From: a virus
Taxonomy: Duplodnaviria; Caudoviricetes
Reading direction: 5' to 3' (one strand)
IMG/VR virus record: IMGVR_UViG_3300012527_000004
Span: 1 to 25,251 of that record
DNA length: 25,251 nucleotides
The position numbers and the translations under genes were made by a program. Below are positions 1-9,442 of the stretch, piece by piece. A model generated the notes under the pieces. That model did not search any database and had not been told where the DNA came from. It saw only the letters and a list, made by a program, of their open reading frames with translations. Position 1 is the first letter of the stretch, and each line of letters begins with the position of its first letter.

Positions 1-346
1 CAACCTGGCCCGAGAAGCCACGCGGCCCAGCGAACCCGCGGGCACCAGTAGCGCCAGTCCGTCCCACCGGTCCGCGTCGCCCAACCGGACCGCGCGGACC
101 CCGAAACCGCTCCAGATCCTGACGAGACGCGGACTGCACCAGAGCACGAAAACACTCGCGCTTGCCCATCTCAGCGCACGGACTCCGCGTCACCACGTTC
201 GTAACGCGTTTGACGTTCTGGACGATGTCGCGCTGATCGTCCTGCAGCCCGTCGACGCTGAGAATCGCGTACGCGAACGCGGCGACCGTCGTCAAAAAGC
301 ACGCAACAAGAAACGCGAGGAGCCTCTTGCTACCGAGAACACTCAT
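1..346 (-). CDS. Membrane-anchored collagen-like protein (partial, runs off left edge)
   Basis: Not in the ORF track. Hand translation from ATG 346 (ATGA overlap with upstream stop): MSVLGSKRLLAFLVACFLTTVAAFAYAILSVDG... then (G-X-Y)11 GPRGPVGRRGPVGRTGATGARGFAGPRGFSGQV at 100..2. Confidence 0.85.
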   Translation of the reverse strand, partial: MSVLGSKRLLAFLVACFLTTVAAFAYAILSVDGLQDDQRDIVQNVKRVTNVVTRSPCAEMGKRECFRALVQSASRQDLERFRGPRGPVGRRGPVGRTGATGARGFAGPRGFSGQV

Positions 347-606
347 GCGGGACCCCCGAGAGTGAGCGCGAGCGCGACAGCGCTGCCCGCGACGGTGAAA
401 GCGAAGCCGACGAGCACGAGCACGAGGGTCCTGACGCCCGCCCGAGCGTCCTTGACCTCCGCACGCAGGTCGGTGATGTCCTTGTCCAGGTCGATGATTT
501 TGGAGCCGGTGATGGCCACGGCGCCAGCCAGCGCATGGGCTGTGGCGGCCGCGCTTGTCGCGGTCGTCTCGATGTGGCGAAGGCGGTACTCGTCATCAGG
601 TGACAC
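343..606 (-). CDS. Small coiled-coil plus C-terminal TM protein (holin-like/lysis-region membrane protein)
   Basis: CAGGAGGT RBS before GTG; heptad segment IIDLDKDITDLRAEVKD followed by hydrophobic LVLVLVGFAFTVAGSAVALALTL; lies after the tail fibre genes. Confidence 0.6.
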   Translation of the reverse strand: MSPDDEYRLRHIETTATSAAATAHALAGAVAITGSKIIDLDKDITDLRAEVKDARAGVRTLVLVLVGFAFTVAGSAVALALTLGGPA

Positions 607-628
607 ACGCGCTACCTCCTGGTCGACA

Positions 629-922
629 TTAGGCCGTGGTGGCCGGGGGCGCCCACGCCTTCACGGCCGCGGCGTACTTGCGCTGCGCAGCCGCGCTCTC
701 CTTCGCGCGAGCGGCAAGCGCATCACGGATCGCGGTCTCCGCGGCGGCCAGGGCGGTCTCCGCGGGCTCCCCGAGCACAGCTCTGGCGGGCGCAGTTATC
801 TGCCGCCACGCCGCGGGATCCGCGGTGATCGTGGTGACGTGCTGGCCGTCGACGACGAGTTGCACGGTGACGGCGGCCGGGTCCTGCTCGTCGACCCGAA
901 GCGTGATCTGAGCGTCGGCCAT
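629..922 (-). CDS. Hypothetical protein (possibly tail-fibre associated)
   Basis: 97-aa ORF, TGATG overlap with upstream gene, phage-like codon usage. Confidence 0.7.
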   Translation of the reverse strand: MADAQITLRVDEQDPAAVTVQLVVDGQHVTTITADPAAWRQITAPARAVLGEPAETALAAAETAIRDALAARAKESAAAQRKYAAAVKAWAPPATTA

Positions 923-1086
923 CAGGGCTTCTCTTGGAGTCGTTCGATCAGGCTGGCGATCTGATGGCGGGCAATGTCCAGCTCTACGACGAGGCCGCCG
1001 ATCTTCAGCAGGAGGTCGTTCACGGTGACGTTCACCGCTTCCGGGTCGTTCTGCGTGGCGGTCGAGCCCTTCTCAGCTTCGGTCAT
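922..1086 (-). CDS. Small coiled-coil hypothetical protein downstream of the tail fibre
   Basis: GAAGGA RBS favours ATG 1086 (MTEAEKGS...) over 1134; LLLKIGGLVVELDIARHQIASL is amphipathic. Confidence 0.65.
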   Translation of the reverse strand: MTEAEKGSTATQNDPEAVNVTVNDLLLKIGGLVVELDIARHQIASLIERLQEKP

Positions 1087-1143
1087 TTCTCGTCCTTCGT
1101 TCGATTGCGTGTCCTTCGTCCAGCCGCGCTGCACTGCGCGGCA

Positions 1144-1950
1144 TCAGGCCGCGATCAGCCCGAGGTTGACCAGGGCTGTGTGGATCGCCGCGGCCGTGAC
1201 CGCCACGCCCGCCTGCTTGGCGACCGGAGCGGTCCCGTAGAAGCCGACGTTGCCGCCGATAACAAACGCCGAATCGGTTCGCAGTCGGCTGGCGCTCTCG
1301 CGGTACAGGGTGGTGTCACCCGCCGCCGCGCCGCTGCCGAAGAACAGGATGCCGTCGCCGCGAATGAAGAAGCGCGGGTTGGTCTCGTTGGGTAGCAAGA
1401 GGCTGATCGCCGGACTGGTGAGCGTCCCTGTGTACGGGCGGGCCTGCAAGCCGCCCGCCGCATGAAAAGTGGCGTTCGTTCTGAGGACGTTCGCGGTGTC
1501 GCGGTAGAGGCTCGTGTCGAGCCCGCCCACGCCGCCAGGCCCCCACTGGATCTTGCCGTCCGCGAGCACCTGGTAACGATCCGCTGCGTCACCGGCCACC
1601 ACGGCGCGGTACGCCGTGTCAGCGGCCACCGGCCGGACCGCGTACGCGCCACCGTTGAGGCGCGTCTGGAGCTCAAACGTATTGCTCCCCGTGAACGTCT
1701 GTGCGGCCCCCGTCGTGGAGATTTGCAGCCACGCCGAGCCCGTGTCCTCATAGACGGTCGCAGTGTCGGTCGCGAAGTACCGGCGTCCCGCGACCCCGGC
1801 CGCGGGCCGGGCGGAGAACACGCCAACCACGACCGGGGCCAACTGATTCTGCAACGCCGTCGACAGCTCGCGGAACAGGCGGGCGCCATCCCCGGAGTTC
1901 GAGAGATCCGCCGGTGCGCTCGCGGTGATAGGAAGGGTCAATCCAGACAT
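1144..1950 (-). CDS. Tail fibre / receptor-binding protein
   Basis: Follows baseplate J and I. SARPAAGVAGRRYFATDT...YEDTGSAW fibre-type motif and two internal repeats RxxxxxDGxxxxGxG...DTxLYRxxAxxLRT. Confidence 0.75.
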   Translation of the reverse strand: MSGLTLPITASAPADLSNSGDGARLFRELSTALQNQLAPVVVGVFSARPAAGVAGRRYFATDTATVYEDTGSAWLQISTTGAAQTFTGSNTFELQTRLNGGAYAVRPVAADTAYRAVVAGDAADRYQVLADGKIQWGPGGVGGLDTSLYRDTANVLRTNATFHAAGGLQARPYTGTLTSPAISLLLPNETNPRFFIRGDGILFFGSGAAAGDTTLYRESASRLRTDSAFVIGGNVGFYGTAPVAKQAGVAVTAAAIHTALVNLGLIAA

Positions 1951-1960
1951 GCATGGCCTC

Positions 1961-2578
1961 TCATGGTGTGTAGGTGCCGTCGGAGAGCTTCTGCCACGTG
2001 ACCGCGGACAGGTTCTGCCACGGCGTAGCCGCGAGCTCGGTCCAAGTGACCGAGTCGATCAGGGAAAGCTGGACGCGGCCCCCCGCGATCACGACGTCGT
2101 CGGCGTTCACCGCAGAGACGAGCAGCGCGGGGTTCGGGACGTCGGCGGGACGGGCGAGCAGCCGCGTCTCAAACGGATCGTTGTCGTAGCGCGCGATGAT
2201 CCGCAGTGCAGCGCCGGGGACCATGAACGCGCGGGCAAGCGTCAGCAGGGCGCGAGGGCTGCCGCGGAGCGCGCCGAACGGCTCGATGACCGCCATGCGC
2301 GCGTAGGCGAGCCACTCCGTGTCGGTGAGGTTGGGTGGCCGTGCGGGCACAACGCCGCCGACCCACATCGCGGCGTGCGGTAGCGCCCACTCAGGGCACA
2401 CAGACGGGTCCGTCAGGACGCGCTCACCGTCCACGCCGTCGAGGCCATGCGCGACGGTCGACGCGCGCTCCTGCCCCGTGCAGTACGCAGCCACGAGGCC
2501 CTCGAGGAACGCGTCGGACACAGGGTCGACACGCAGGAACTCCAGGTGCTCCAGGGCGCGCTCAGCGGCGGTCATCAC
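1961..2578 (-). CDS. Baseplate wedge / tail protein (P2 gpI-like)
   Basis: Directly after J; DPSVCPEWALPHAAMWVG resembles the gpI DP..cp...LpwLA..vG motif; later RGS..AL motif. Confidence 0.75.
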   Translation of the reverse strand: MMTAAERALEHLEFLRVDPVSDAFLEGLVAAYCTGQERASTVAHGLDGVDGERVLTDPSVCPEWALPHAAMWVGGVVPARPPNLTDTEWLAYARMAVIEPFGALRGSPRALLTLARAFMVPGAALRIIARYDNDPFETRLLARPADVPNPALLVSAVNADDVVIAGGRVQLSLIDSVTWTELAATPWQNLSAVTWQKLSDGTYTP

Positions 2579-3708
2579 TGGACGGTCACCGCCACGGTCC
2601 CCGCGTTCGCGAGCGCGTCAGCGGCGACGGTCACCGCGGCGGTCCCCGCGTTGAGCGTGACGGTCACGACCTGCCGGATCGACTGGAGATCGTCAATCGC
2701 GGCACTCACGTCATAGGTGGTGACGGTCCCGACGCCCTTGCGCCAGCCGCCCGCCTCGCGGGCGTCCGCGTTCCACGTTGCCTTGTTGAGCAGAGCACGG
2801 ATCGCGGCGGTGACTTGCGTCGTCACATCGGCAGCCGCGAACGCGGGCTCACGCACGACGGTCACCGCGACGTTGATCGTGACGATCACCGCGTCAGCGA
2901 CCCACACGACCGCGCCGAGCACCTGCTCCTGCGCAGCGAAAGCCTGCGAGAGCGCGGTCTTCACCACCGCGGGCACCGGATCGCCCGTCGCGGTGACGGG
3001 CTTGATCGTGATGTGCCCCGGCTGATCCCCTGCAACATCCGGGTTCACGCGGTTCAGCGCGAGCGCGCGAGACACCCCGGTCACGTCCTGCGCGGCGCCC
3101 GCATAATCCGAAGGGGTCAGCGGCAGGAACGACCGGCGCCTGGCCGCACGGGCGACCCGGCTGACGTAGACGATGAGCTCTTCCTCGTCCACGCCGCCGC
3201 TGGACGGCTGCTCGAGGACGACGTTGGCGACGAACGCGAGCGGGTCACGGTCGATGGCCGCGCCAGCAGCACCGTTGCCTTCCACGCCCGGCTCGAGCGC
3301 CTCGAACAGCACACCCGCCACTGTGGTTGCGCCCGCAATCACCGTGGCGTCCGTGGTGGACGCGAGTGTGACGCTGTCGCCGTCGGCGGTGAGCATCACG
3401 ACCTGATACCCCGCCGGGATCAGGTGCCCGAGCGCGTCAGTGACGGTGATCGTGGCCTGCGTCCGGGCGGGCGCCGCGACCCCGCGCTCAACGCCTAGGA
3501 CGAGTTCGCCCATCCCGGCGAAAGCGTTGCGCGCTTCATCCTTGATGATCGCGTTGGCGGTGGCCTGCCCGATCGCGAGCGCCTCCGCGAACAGGGTCTC
3601 GATGCTCGCCTCAGAAGGAACGAAGCCGGTGATGTCCGCGAGCGCGGCGAGGTTCGCCTCGGCGACCGCGCCCTCATCATCCTGGAGGTCAGGCTCGATG
3701 TAAGTCAC
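2575..3708 (-). CDS. Baseplate J/gp47 family protein
   Basis: IPAGYQV, EALEPGVEGN, GGVDEE, TPSDY...V.GVSRA motifs typical of baseplate J; 377 aa. Confidence 0.93.
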   Translation of the reverse strand: MTYIEPDLQDDEGAVAEANLAALADITGFVPSEASIETLFAEALAIGQATANAIIKDEARNAFAGMGELVLGVERGVAAPARTQATITVTDALGHLIPAGYQVVMLTADGDSVTLASTTDATVIAGATTVAGVLFEALEPGVEGNGAAGAAIDRDPLAFVANVVLEQPSSGGVDEEELIVYVSRVARAARRRSFLPLTPSDYAGAAQDVTGVSRALALNRVNPDVAGDQPGHITIKPVTATGDPVPAVVKTALSQAFAAQEQVLGAVVWVADAVIVTINVAVTVVREPAFAAADVTTQVTAAIRALLNKATWNADAREAGGWRKGVGTVTTYDVSAAIDDLQSIRQVVTVTLNAGTAAVTVAADALANAGTVAVTVQ

Positions 3709-4061
3709 GTTGCGGCTTCCGGGTCGATGTCTTGAGCGTCGTCGGCCAAGTCGACGCGGATACGGACCGCCTGGCGGCCACCACTAGTGACGGGATCGGC
3801 CGTGACCGTGACCAAGGCGCGCGGCTCATCGGTCTCCAGTCGCCGCGCGACATCGACGGGGTCCACGCCCGTCGTGAACGTTGGGTCAGGGAGCCCCACC
3901 AACGGGGCGAGTGGCCGGGCACCGAGAGGGGTGCGCTGCAAGATTCGGACGCATTGCGCGACGTCGTCGAGCGTGTCCTCTTCGACGGCCGCGAACCGGC
4001 CCGCGGCGGTCAGCCGGAACGGCCACGCGAGGTGCAGTTGAGTTTCGACTAGCCGGGCCAT
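3705..4061 (-). CDS. Baseplate wedge GPW/gp25 family protein
   Basis: LAWPFRL...VAQCVRILQRTPLGARPLAPLVG...EPRA matches the gp25 pattern (T..GER...P.fG; EPR). Confidence 0.88.
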   Translation of the reverse strand: MARLVETQLHLAWPFRLTAAGRFAAVEEDTLDDVAQCVRILQRTPLGARPLAPLVGLPDPTFTTGVDPVDVARRLETDEPRALVTVTADPVTSGGRQAVRIRVDLADDAQDIDPEAAT

Positions 4062-4279
4062 GTGCCCACCGCCCAGAGGGTTCCTGCGTCGTCCTCGATG
4101 ACCACGGCAGAGTCACCGGCGGCGGGGGTCCGTCCGACCCACGGGCCGCGACACACCGTGCCGTCACCCGCGTCGAAGGTGAAGGTCACGAGCGCGCCGG
4201 CGGTGGGCGCGGTGAGGATGGTGGCGGCGGCCGGCCCCACTGGGCGCGGCGCGCGGCTGTGTGAGCCGAGACGATCCAT
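4049..4279 (-). CDS. Minimal baseplate spike-like protein (gpV/gp5 OB-fold only)
   Basis: Between hub and gp25; PAAGDSAVVIEDDAGTLWAVG resembles the gpV P..Gd.V.v......p.v.G motif; only 76 aa. Confidence 0.6.
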   Translation of the reverse strand: MDRLGSHSRAPRPVGPAAATILTAPTAGALVTFTFDAGDGTVCRGPWVGRTPAAGDSAVVIEDDAGTLWAVGTWPG

Positions 4280-6249
4280 TATCCGCGCACCCCCTGGTGA
4301 ATGTGGTCGGGCCTACCGAACTTCGCGTAGTTGGCGACCGTCCCGATCTTCTCGCCCTGGGTCACCCTGTCGCCGACCTTGACCGTCCGCCGGCCCATGT
4401 GCGTCAGGTAGTAGGACTTGCCGCCGCCGCTGATGTAAACCGAGTAGCCGAGTGGCCCACCGGGGCCTTGGGGCGGGCCGGCTGCCGGGTTGGTGCCGCT
4501 GATCTTCGTGACCGTCCCGGAGACCGGCGCGACGCACGGTGACCCGGCCGGGGCCATGTAGTCGAACGCCGGGTAGCCGGGCAGGCCGCCCGTCTCATGC
4601 GTGGAGGACTTCGGCCCTGTCCCAGGGATCGGACTGCCAGCAATGGCTCGGCCGTCGCGGGAGCCGCCACCGGCAGAGTCGCTGCTGGTGCGCGTCTCGT
4701 GCGCGGGCTCCGGGCGCGGCTCCACCGGCCGCCGGAGCGTGACCTCCGACTCCGGGCTGAACAGGTCGTCGCGGACGCTCGCCACGAGGTACCGGCCGTT
4801 CAACGCGCCCTGCGAACTCATCACGACGACCGCGCCGGGCAGGATGCCCCACCGTTCGCTCAGGACACGGAACGTGACCTCCTGGGACGGGCGAGTGACG
4901 CCCCAATCCCATGTCGGCGACGAGAGCATGAACCCCTCGTCGCCGTGGATCTCGAGGGACGGGGCGGCGGCACGCAACTCACGGTCGCTGACGAAAAACA
5001 GGGTGTTGAGTGCGGCCCACCGCCGGAAACCAACCTGCTCGGCGAGCCGGCCGGTAGCGGTCCAGGAGTCCTCACGCGCTCCGTCGCGGGAGCCACGCTC
5101 GAACAGGTACGGGACGGCCGTCGTCCGACCGCTGCCGCCGCTCTCGTCGCTGCTCGCACCGCCGCCGCCGCCCTGGGCGAGCCACGCATCGACGGTCCGG
5201 GTTGCCTCGCCCTCCCACTTCGCATACCCGCCGACACTGATCTGCACACGCTTGAGCGCGGCCTCGTAGCCACCCGGGACGCGCTTGAGTGAGCCGTGCA
5301 CCTTCTTCCACGAACTCGGGCCCGTCACCAGGAACGCCTTGGTCGACGCGGCGGGCTGCTTGCTCCCGGCGACACTGATCCAGTTGCGGCCCTGCTGAAA
5401 GATCCCGACGTCATCGTTGCCGGTCTGCACGTTCGCCAAGCGACCGGCCCCGGACTCCTGCGTGATGCACATCACCGTCGCGATCAGGACCATCCGCGAC
5501 GCGCCGAGCCGGTCGGCTTCCGCCAGGCACCCGTCGATCACCTGACGCTGCTGCGCCGACGCCTTCTGCCCCTGCACGGTGTAGCCCGCGCCGTCGCCCG
5601 TCCCGCGGCCACGGGCGGGCTCACCGCGCCGAACGCGAGCCGCCGGGGTCTTGCGGCTCGTGCGCTTCGGCGGATCGGCGACCGGGCGCCGCTCCCTAGC
5701 GGGCGAGCTGATCGGCCTGCGGTCCGTGAGTTCAGGAATGAACGCGCGCATCGGCAACCGCGGCCCGTTGCTCGCCTCATCGACGAGGAACCGCACGAAC
5801 TCCGCGCGCGTCGTACGAGCACGGGACTTCGACACGTACCGTGACCACAGGCGCAGCCGCCACGCGACCTCGTCCTCGAAGGAGAGCGTCAGCAAGCGGT
5901 TCTCCCCGCATGACACGCGGGAGAGGACGTAGACGACGTCGTCGACGATCACGCGCGCACCATCGACGAGTCGCTGCGTCTCGTCGGAGAGCGCTTCGAG
6001 AACGCGGCTGTCCTGATCGTCAACGGTGAGCGTGAGAGCGCTCGCGCCGTCCATCGTCAGCTCGACGTCGCAGCCCTCCCGCGACAACCTCGGCCCCATC
6101 AGGTACTTGGCCTTCGCCGTCCGAAGGTGCAGGCCGTTGGAATCACGCTCCGTCTTCGGGGGCGCGGGCGGCAACCCGACGGCAGGATCGCGGCGAGCGC
6201 GCGCGCGCTGCGCAGCGGTGGGCTTCGCCTTGGCCTTCGTCGGGCTCAC
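4279..6249 (-). CDS. Baseplate hub (gpD/gp27-like) with inserted lysozyme-like domain and C-terminal M23 peptidase
   Basis: N-terminal VELTMDGASALTLTVDD hub-like strands; central IATVMCITQES...DDVGIFQQ; C-terminal AFDYMAPAGSPCVAPVSGTV, YYLTHM, VKVGDRVTQGEKIGTV, DHIH. Confidence 0.85.
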   Translation of the reverse strand: MSPTKAKAKPTAAQRARARRDPAVGLPPAPPKTERDSNGLHLRTAKAKYLMGPRLSREGCDVELTMDGASALTLTVDDQDSRVLEALSDETQRLVDGARVIVDDVVYVLSRVSCGENRLLTLSFEDEVAWRLRLWSRYVSKSRARTTRAEFVRFLVDEASNGPRLPMRAFIPELTDRRPISSPARERRPVADPPKRTSRKTPAARVRRGEPARGRGTGDGAGYTVQGQKASAQQRQVIDGCLAEADRLGASRMVLIATVMCITQESGAGRLANVQTGNDDVGIFQQGRNWISVAGSKQPAASTKAFLVTGPSSWKKVHGSLKRVPGGYEAALKRVQISVGGYAKWEGEATRTVDAWLAQGGGGGASSDESGGSGRTTAVPYLFERGSRDGAREDSWTATGRLAEQVGFRRWAALNTLFFVSDRELRAAAPSLEIHGDEGFMLSSPTWDWGVTRPSQEVTFRVLSERWGILPGAVVVMSSQGALNGRYLVASVRDDLFSPESEVTLRRPVEPRPEPAHETRTSSDSAGGGSRDGRAIAGSPIPGTGPKSSTHETGGLPGYPAFDYMAPAGSPCVAPVSGTVTKISGTNPAAGPPQGPGGPLGYSVYISGGGKSYYLTHMGRRTVKVGDRVTQGEKIGTVANYAKFGRPDHIHQGVRG

Positions 6250-6998
6250 CGGAGCGTCACCCGGGTCCCGGTCTTCAACCGCTCATCAGGGTCGACCTTG
6301 CGTAGCCGCTTATTCCACGCGCGGATCTGTGCCCACGAGCCGGACGACCCGAGCTGCCGGACAGCGATCGCGCGCATCGTGTCACCCGGCCGCGACTGAA
6401 TCACGCGAGCACGCCGCTTGTTCGCTTTGCTGCGCGTGGAGCGCATCGTCACGCGCTCCAACGGGGCTTGCTTCACGAACGGGGAGAGCGTGACCTGCAC
6501 GTCCTGACGGACAAGCTCCCCGGACTGCACAACCTGACCGCCGAGCTGCAGGCCCTGCATCACCCAGTCGCCGGTGCCGAGCGGCAGCGACACACACCGC
6601 ACCCGTAGGCTCGGCGGGTCCCCGCCGCTGCGAACAGGGCGACCCATCGCCCGCAGCACTCCCAGGCGCCTGGCGATGTCGGGGCCTCCGACGAGGCGAA
6701 TGTCTACGGCGAGGGAGAGCGTCAGGTCGCCGCCGTCGTCGGGTCCGCGGTACCAGGTGGCGGGGACGCGCCCGAAGCGCGGGGATTCCTGCCAGCCGCC
6801 GACCGCGATGCTCTGGTCGGGGTCGCCGGCCAGCACGAGCGTCAGGGACTGGCCGTCGGACGGGTCCAGCAGTACGCGGCCCGCGGCCGGTGTTGCCGCC
6901 ACTGCGGCGGCGGCGTTCGCGGGCAACCCGGGTTTTCCGCCGAGCCCAGCGGAGATCATTCCCCCTGGCCTTGATGCGATGTTTCCGACCGTGCTCAT
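6246..6998 (-). CDS. Tail tube initiator with C-terminal LysM domain
   Basis: Start moved to ATG 6998 (ATGA overlap with tape measure stop); C-terminal SRPGDTMRAIAVRQLGSSGSWAQIRAWN...LKTGTRVTL is a LysM. Confidence 0.85.
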   Translation of the reverse strand: MSTVGNIASRPGGMISAGLGGKPGLPANAAAAVAATPAAGRVLLDPSDGQSLTLVLAGDPDQSIAVGGWQESPRFGRVPATWYRGPDDGGDLTLSLAVDIRLVGGPDIARRLGVLRAMGRPVRSGGDPPSLRVRCVSLPLGTGDWVMQGLQLGGQVVQSGELVRQDVQVTLSPFVKQAPLERVTMRSTRSKANKRRARVIQSRPGDTMRAIAVRQLGSSGSWAQIRAWNKRLRKVDPDERLKTGTRVTLR

Positions 6999-9427
6999 TC
7001 GCGTTCGGCCATGTCGCGCTCGACGTCCAGGACGGCGCGCCACGTGCCGCGCCGGTCCTGCTGCACGATAATCCTGGGGTACACGTTGACGACGGTGGCT
7101 GCGGCGCGCTGACGGGCACGTGTAGTCGGCGGGGACGCGGCGCGCTGGGCGAGCATGCCGCGGGACTGGTCGGCCGGGTTGACGCGGGCGCCGCCCGGGA
7201 GCTGGACGAGTTCGGGGCCGCGCTCACCGACCAGGGCGACACCCTTACGGGTGACCACGCCGCCGGTAGCAATACCGGGGATCAGCGACTTGCCGAGCCC
7301 TAGTGCCTTGTTGACAGCGCCCTTCACCGGTCCGGGGACGACGCTGGTGATTGCGGACGTGATCTCGCCGGGCGCGGCCTTGATCGCGTCGACGATCCCG
7401 TCCACGACGGCTTTGCCGATCTTCCCCGCCGCGGACGCGACGCTGCCCGCCGCACCGCTCAGCTTCGATGCGAGATCCTTCACGAGCCGTGAGGCGTGCT
7501 CGGCGATCCGCCCGGGGAGCGTCACGAACTTGTGGATGACGCCCTGCACCATGTTCGTAGCCGCGAGGATCACGCGTCGCGCGCCCCCCGTCATCCCTGA
7601 TGCGAACCGGCCGACGAACGTGACACCACGCGAGAACGCGCGGCCGAGCGCGCCGACCGCGCTCGCGCCACGACGGACAGCGGCGGTTACCAGGCGGATC
7701 GGGGCGCGGGCGAGAGAAAACACCTTGCCGACCTTCGGCAGCAGCGAGAGCACCCGGAGTATCCCGCCGGAGAACACGACGCCGAGCGCGACGCCGACCC
7801 CGGTGATAACTCCGCGGAACGGGCGCATGATCGAGCCGACCAGCCCGATCGCGGTCGCAAACAGTTTGATGATCGGGACGGCGAGCTTGAACGCGCCGAC
7901 GACGGTCCCGATCACGCCCGCCGTAACGCCCTTCAACAGGGGGAGCAGGACGTTGTTCAGGAACGGCGCGGCGGGCTTCAGCGCGTCGAGCATCTGCCGG
8001 GACGCGTCACGTAGGACAGGTAGCGCCCCCTTGGCGAGCGCGAGCGCCCCGTCGCCGACCGCACGGAGCGTCCCGCCGAGCTTATTGGCGTCCGACGCCT
8101 TCGGCGGCGGCGTCGCAACACCATCAGCGAACGGCGCCCGGGACTTCGCGACGGGCGTGCCCGCCAAGCCACCGATGAGATCCCTCGAGAAACCGCCGAT
8201 AGCCCCACGGCCAGCCGCAATGTCACTCAGTTGCGCGACCACACCACTCAAGGCGGGCACCAGCTTCGTGCCAACCGAGATGCCGAGAGCCGCTGACTGC
8301 GCCTTCAGACGGTTCCACTGGAAACTGATGCTCTTGGACTGCTGAGAGAGCGCCGTCGATGTGGCACCCGACGCCGTGGTCATGCCTTGCAGGTCACCGC
8401 GAGCGACCGTCGTGTTCTTGCCCGTCAACGCCAGGGCGCCACCGAGCGCCCGGACGTTCGGGAACAGCGCGGCGAGCTTGGTCTTCGAGCCGCCCGTCGC
8501 CGCCGCCAACGTCTCCAACGCGCCCTGAAAGCCCTTCTGCTTTATCAGGGTCTCCCCGGACTCGTAGCCGAGGTCCTTGATCGTCTTTGTCAGCGTCTTC
8601 CCGGGCTTGAGCATGGACTGCATGACGCTCTTGATCCGCGTCATCGTCTCCGGTGCGCTGATCCCCGCCTTGGTCATCGTCGCCACCGACGCACCGACCT
8701 GGTCGAGGCCGATCCCGAGGGATGCGGCGAACGGGAGCACATCACCGACCGTCGTCGCGAGCGACTCGAAGCTGACCACGCCACGGTCCACGGTCTTGAA
8801 GAGCTGATCGGACACCTTGCCGGCCGCGGATGCCGGAAGCCGGTAGGCGTTGAGGACGGCGGCGACCGCGCCGGTCGAGACCTCGGTGGTCGTCAGGCCG
8901 GCGGTCGCCGCGCGCGCGGACTTCTCGAGGATCTGCATCGACTGCTGCGCGTTGAAGCCGGAGGAGACAAGATCGTAGAGGCCCTTGGCAAGGGTCTCCG
9001 GGGCCTGCGCGGTCGGCCCCGCCAGCGTGAGCACGCTCTTCGACAGCGAACCGAACCGCTGCTCTGAGAGCTGCGCGATCGAGTTCACGTTGCGCATCGC
9101 CGCGTCGAACTTCACGGTCTGGGCGATCGACGCGCCGAGACCGACCGCGGTCATCGCGGCGCCCGCGCGGGCCAATGGTGCCGCGGCGGTCGCCGCCGAA
9201 GCGCCAACGCCGCGCATCGCACCGGCCGCGCGCCGGCCCGAAGCAGCGAGGCGGTTCATTGAGGCCCCGGTCTTCGTCGAGGCGACGGTCGTGCGTTCCA
9301 ATCGTGACGCGGCGACCGTCCCGCCGCGCCCGACGCCTCGAAGTGAGCGTTCGGCCTGGTGGGCGTTACGCGAGAACGCTTTCTCGCCGAGGAGGGAGAG
9401 TCTGATTCTGGCTGCTGACTCTGCCAT
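6995..9427 (-). CDS. Tape measure protein (TP901-family core)
   Basis: 810 aa, Ala/Gly-rich; FDAAMRNVNSI, LAKGLYDLVSSG, DQLFKTVDRGVVSFESLA core; ATGGVV...ALVGERGPELV C-terminal motif. Confidence 0.96.
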   Translation of the reverse strand: MAESAARIRLSLLGEKAFSRNAHQAERSLRGVGRGGTVAASRLERTTVASTKTGASMNRLAASGRRAAGAMRGVGASAATAAAPLARAGAAMTAVGLGASIAQTVKFDAAMRNVNSIAQLSEQRFGSLSKSVLTLAGPTAQAPETLAKGLYDLVSSGFNAQQSMQILEKSARAATAGLTTTEVSTGAVAAVLNAYRLPASAAGKVSDQLFKTVDRGVVSFESLATTVGDVLPFAASLGIGLDQVGASVATMTKAGISAPETMTRIKSVMQSMLKPGKTLTKTIKDLGYESGETLIKQKGFQGALETLAAATGGSKTKLAALFPNVRALGGALALTGKNTTVARGDLQGMTTASGATSTALSQQSKSISFQWNRLKAQSAALGISVGTKLVPALSGVVAQLSDIAAGRGAIGGFSRDLIGGLAGTPVAKSRAPFADGVATPPPKASDANKLGGTLRAVGDGALALAKGALPVLRDASRQMLDALKPAAPFLNNVLLPLLKGVTAGVIGTVVGAFKLAVPIIKLFATAIGLVGSIMRPFRGVITGVGVALGVVFSGGILRVLSLLPKVGKVFSLARAPIRLVTAAVRRGASAVGALGRAFSRGVTFVGRFASGMTGGARRVILAATNMVQGVIHKFVTLPGRIAEHASRLVKDLASKLSGAAGSVASAAGKIGKAVVDGIVDAIKAAPGEITSAITSVVPGPVKGAVNKALGLGKSLIPGIATGGVVTRKGVALVGERGPELVQLPGGARVNPADQSRGMLAQRAASPPTTRARQRAAATVVNVYPRIIVQQDRRGTWRAVLDVERDMAERE

Positions 9428-9442
9428 ACGATTTCACTCCCC

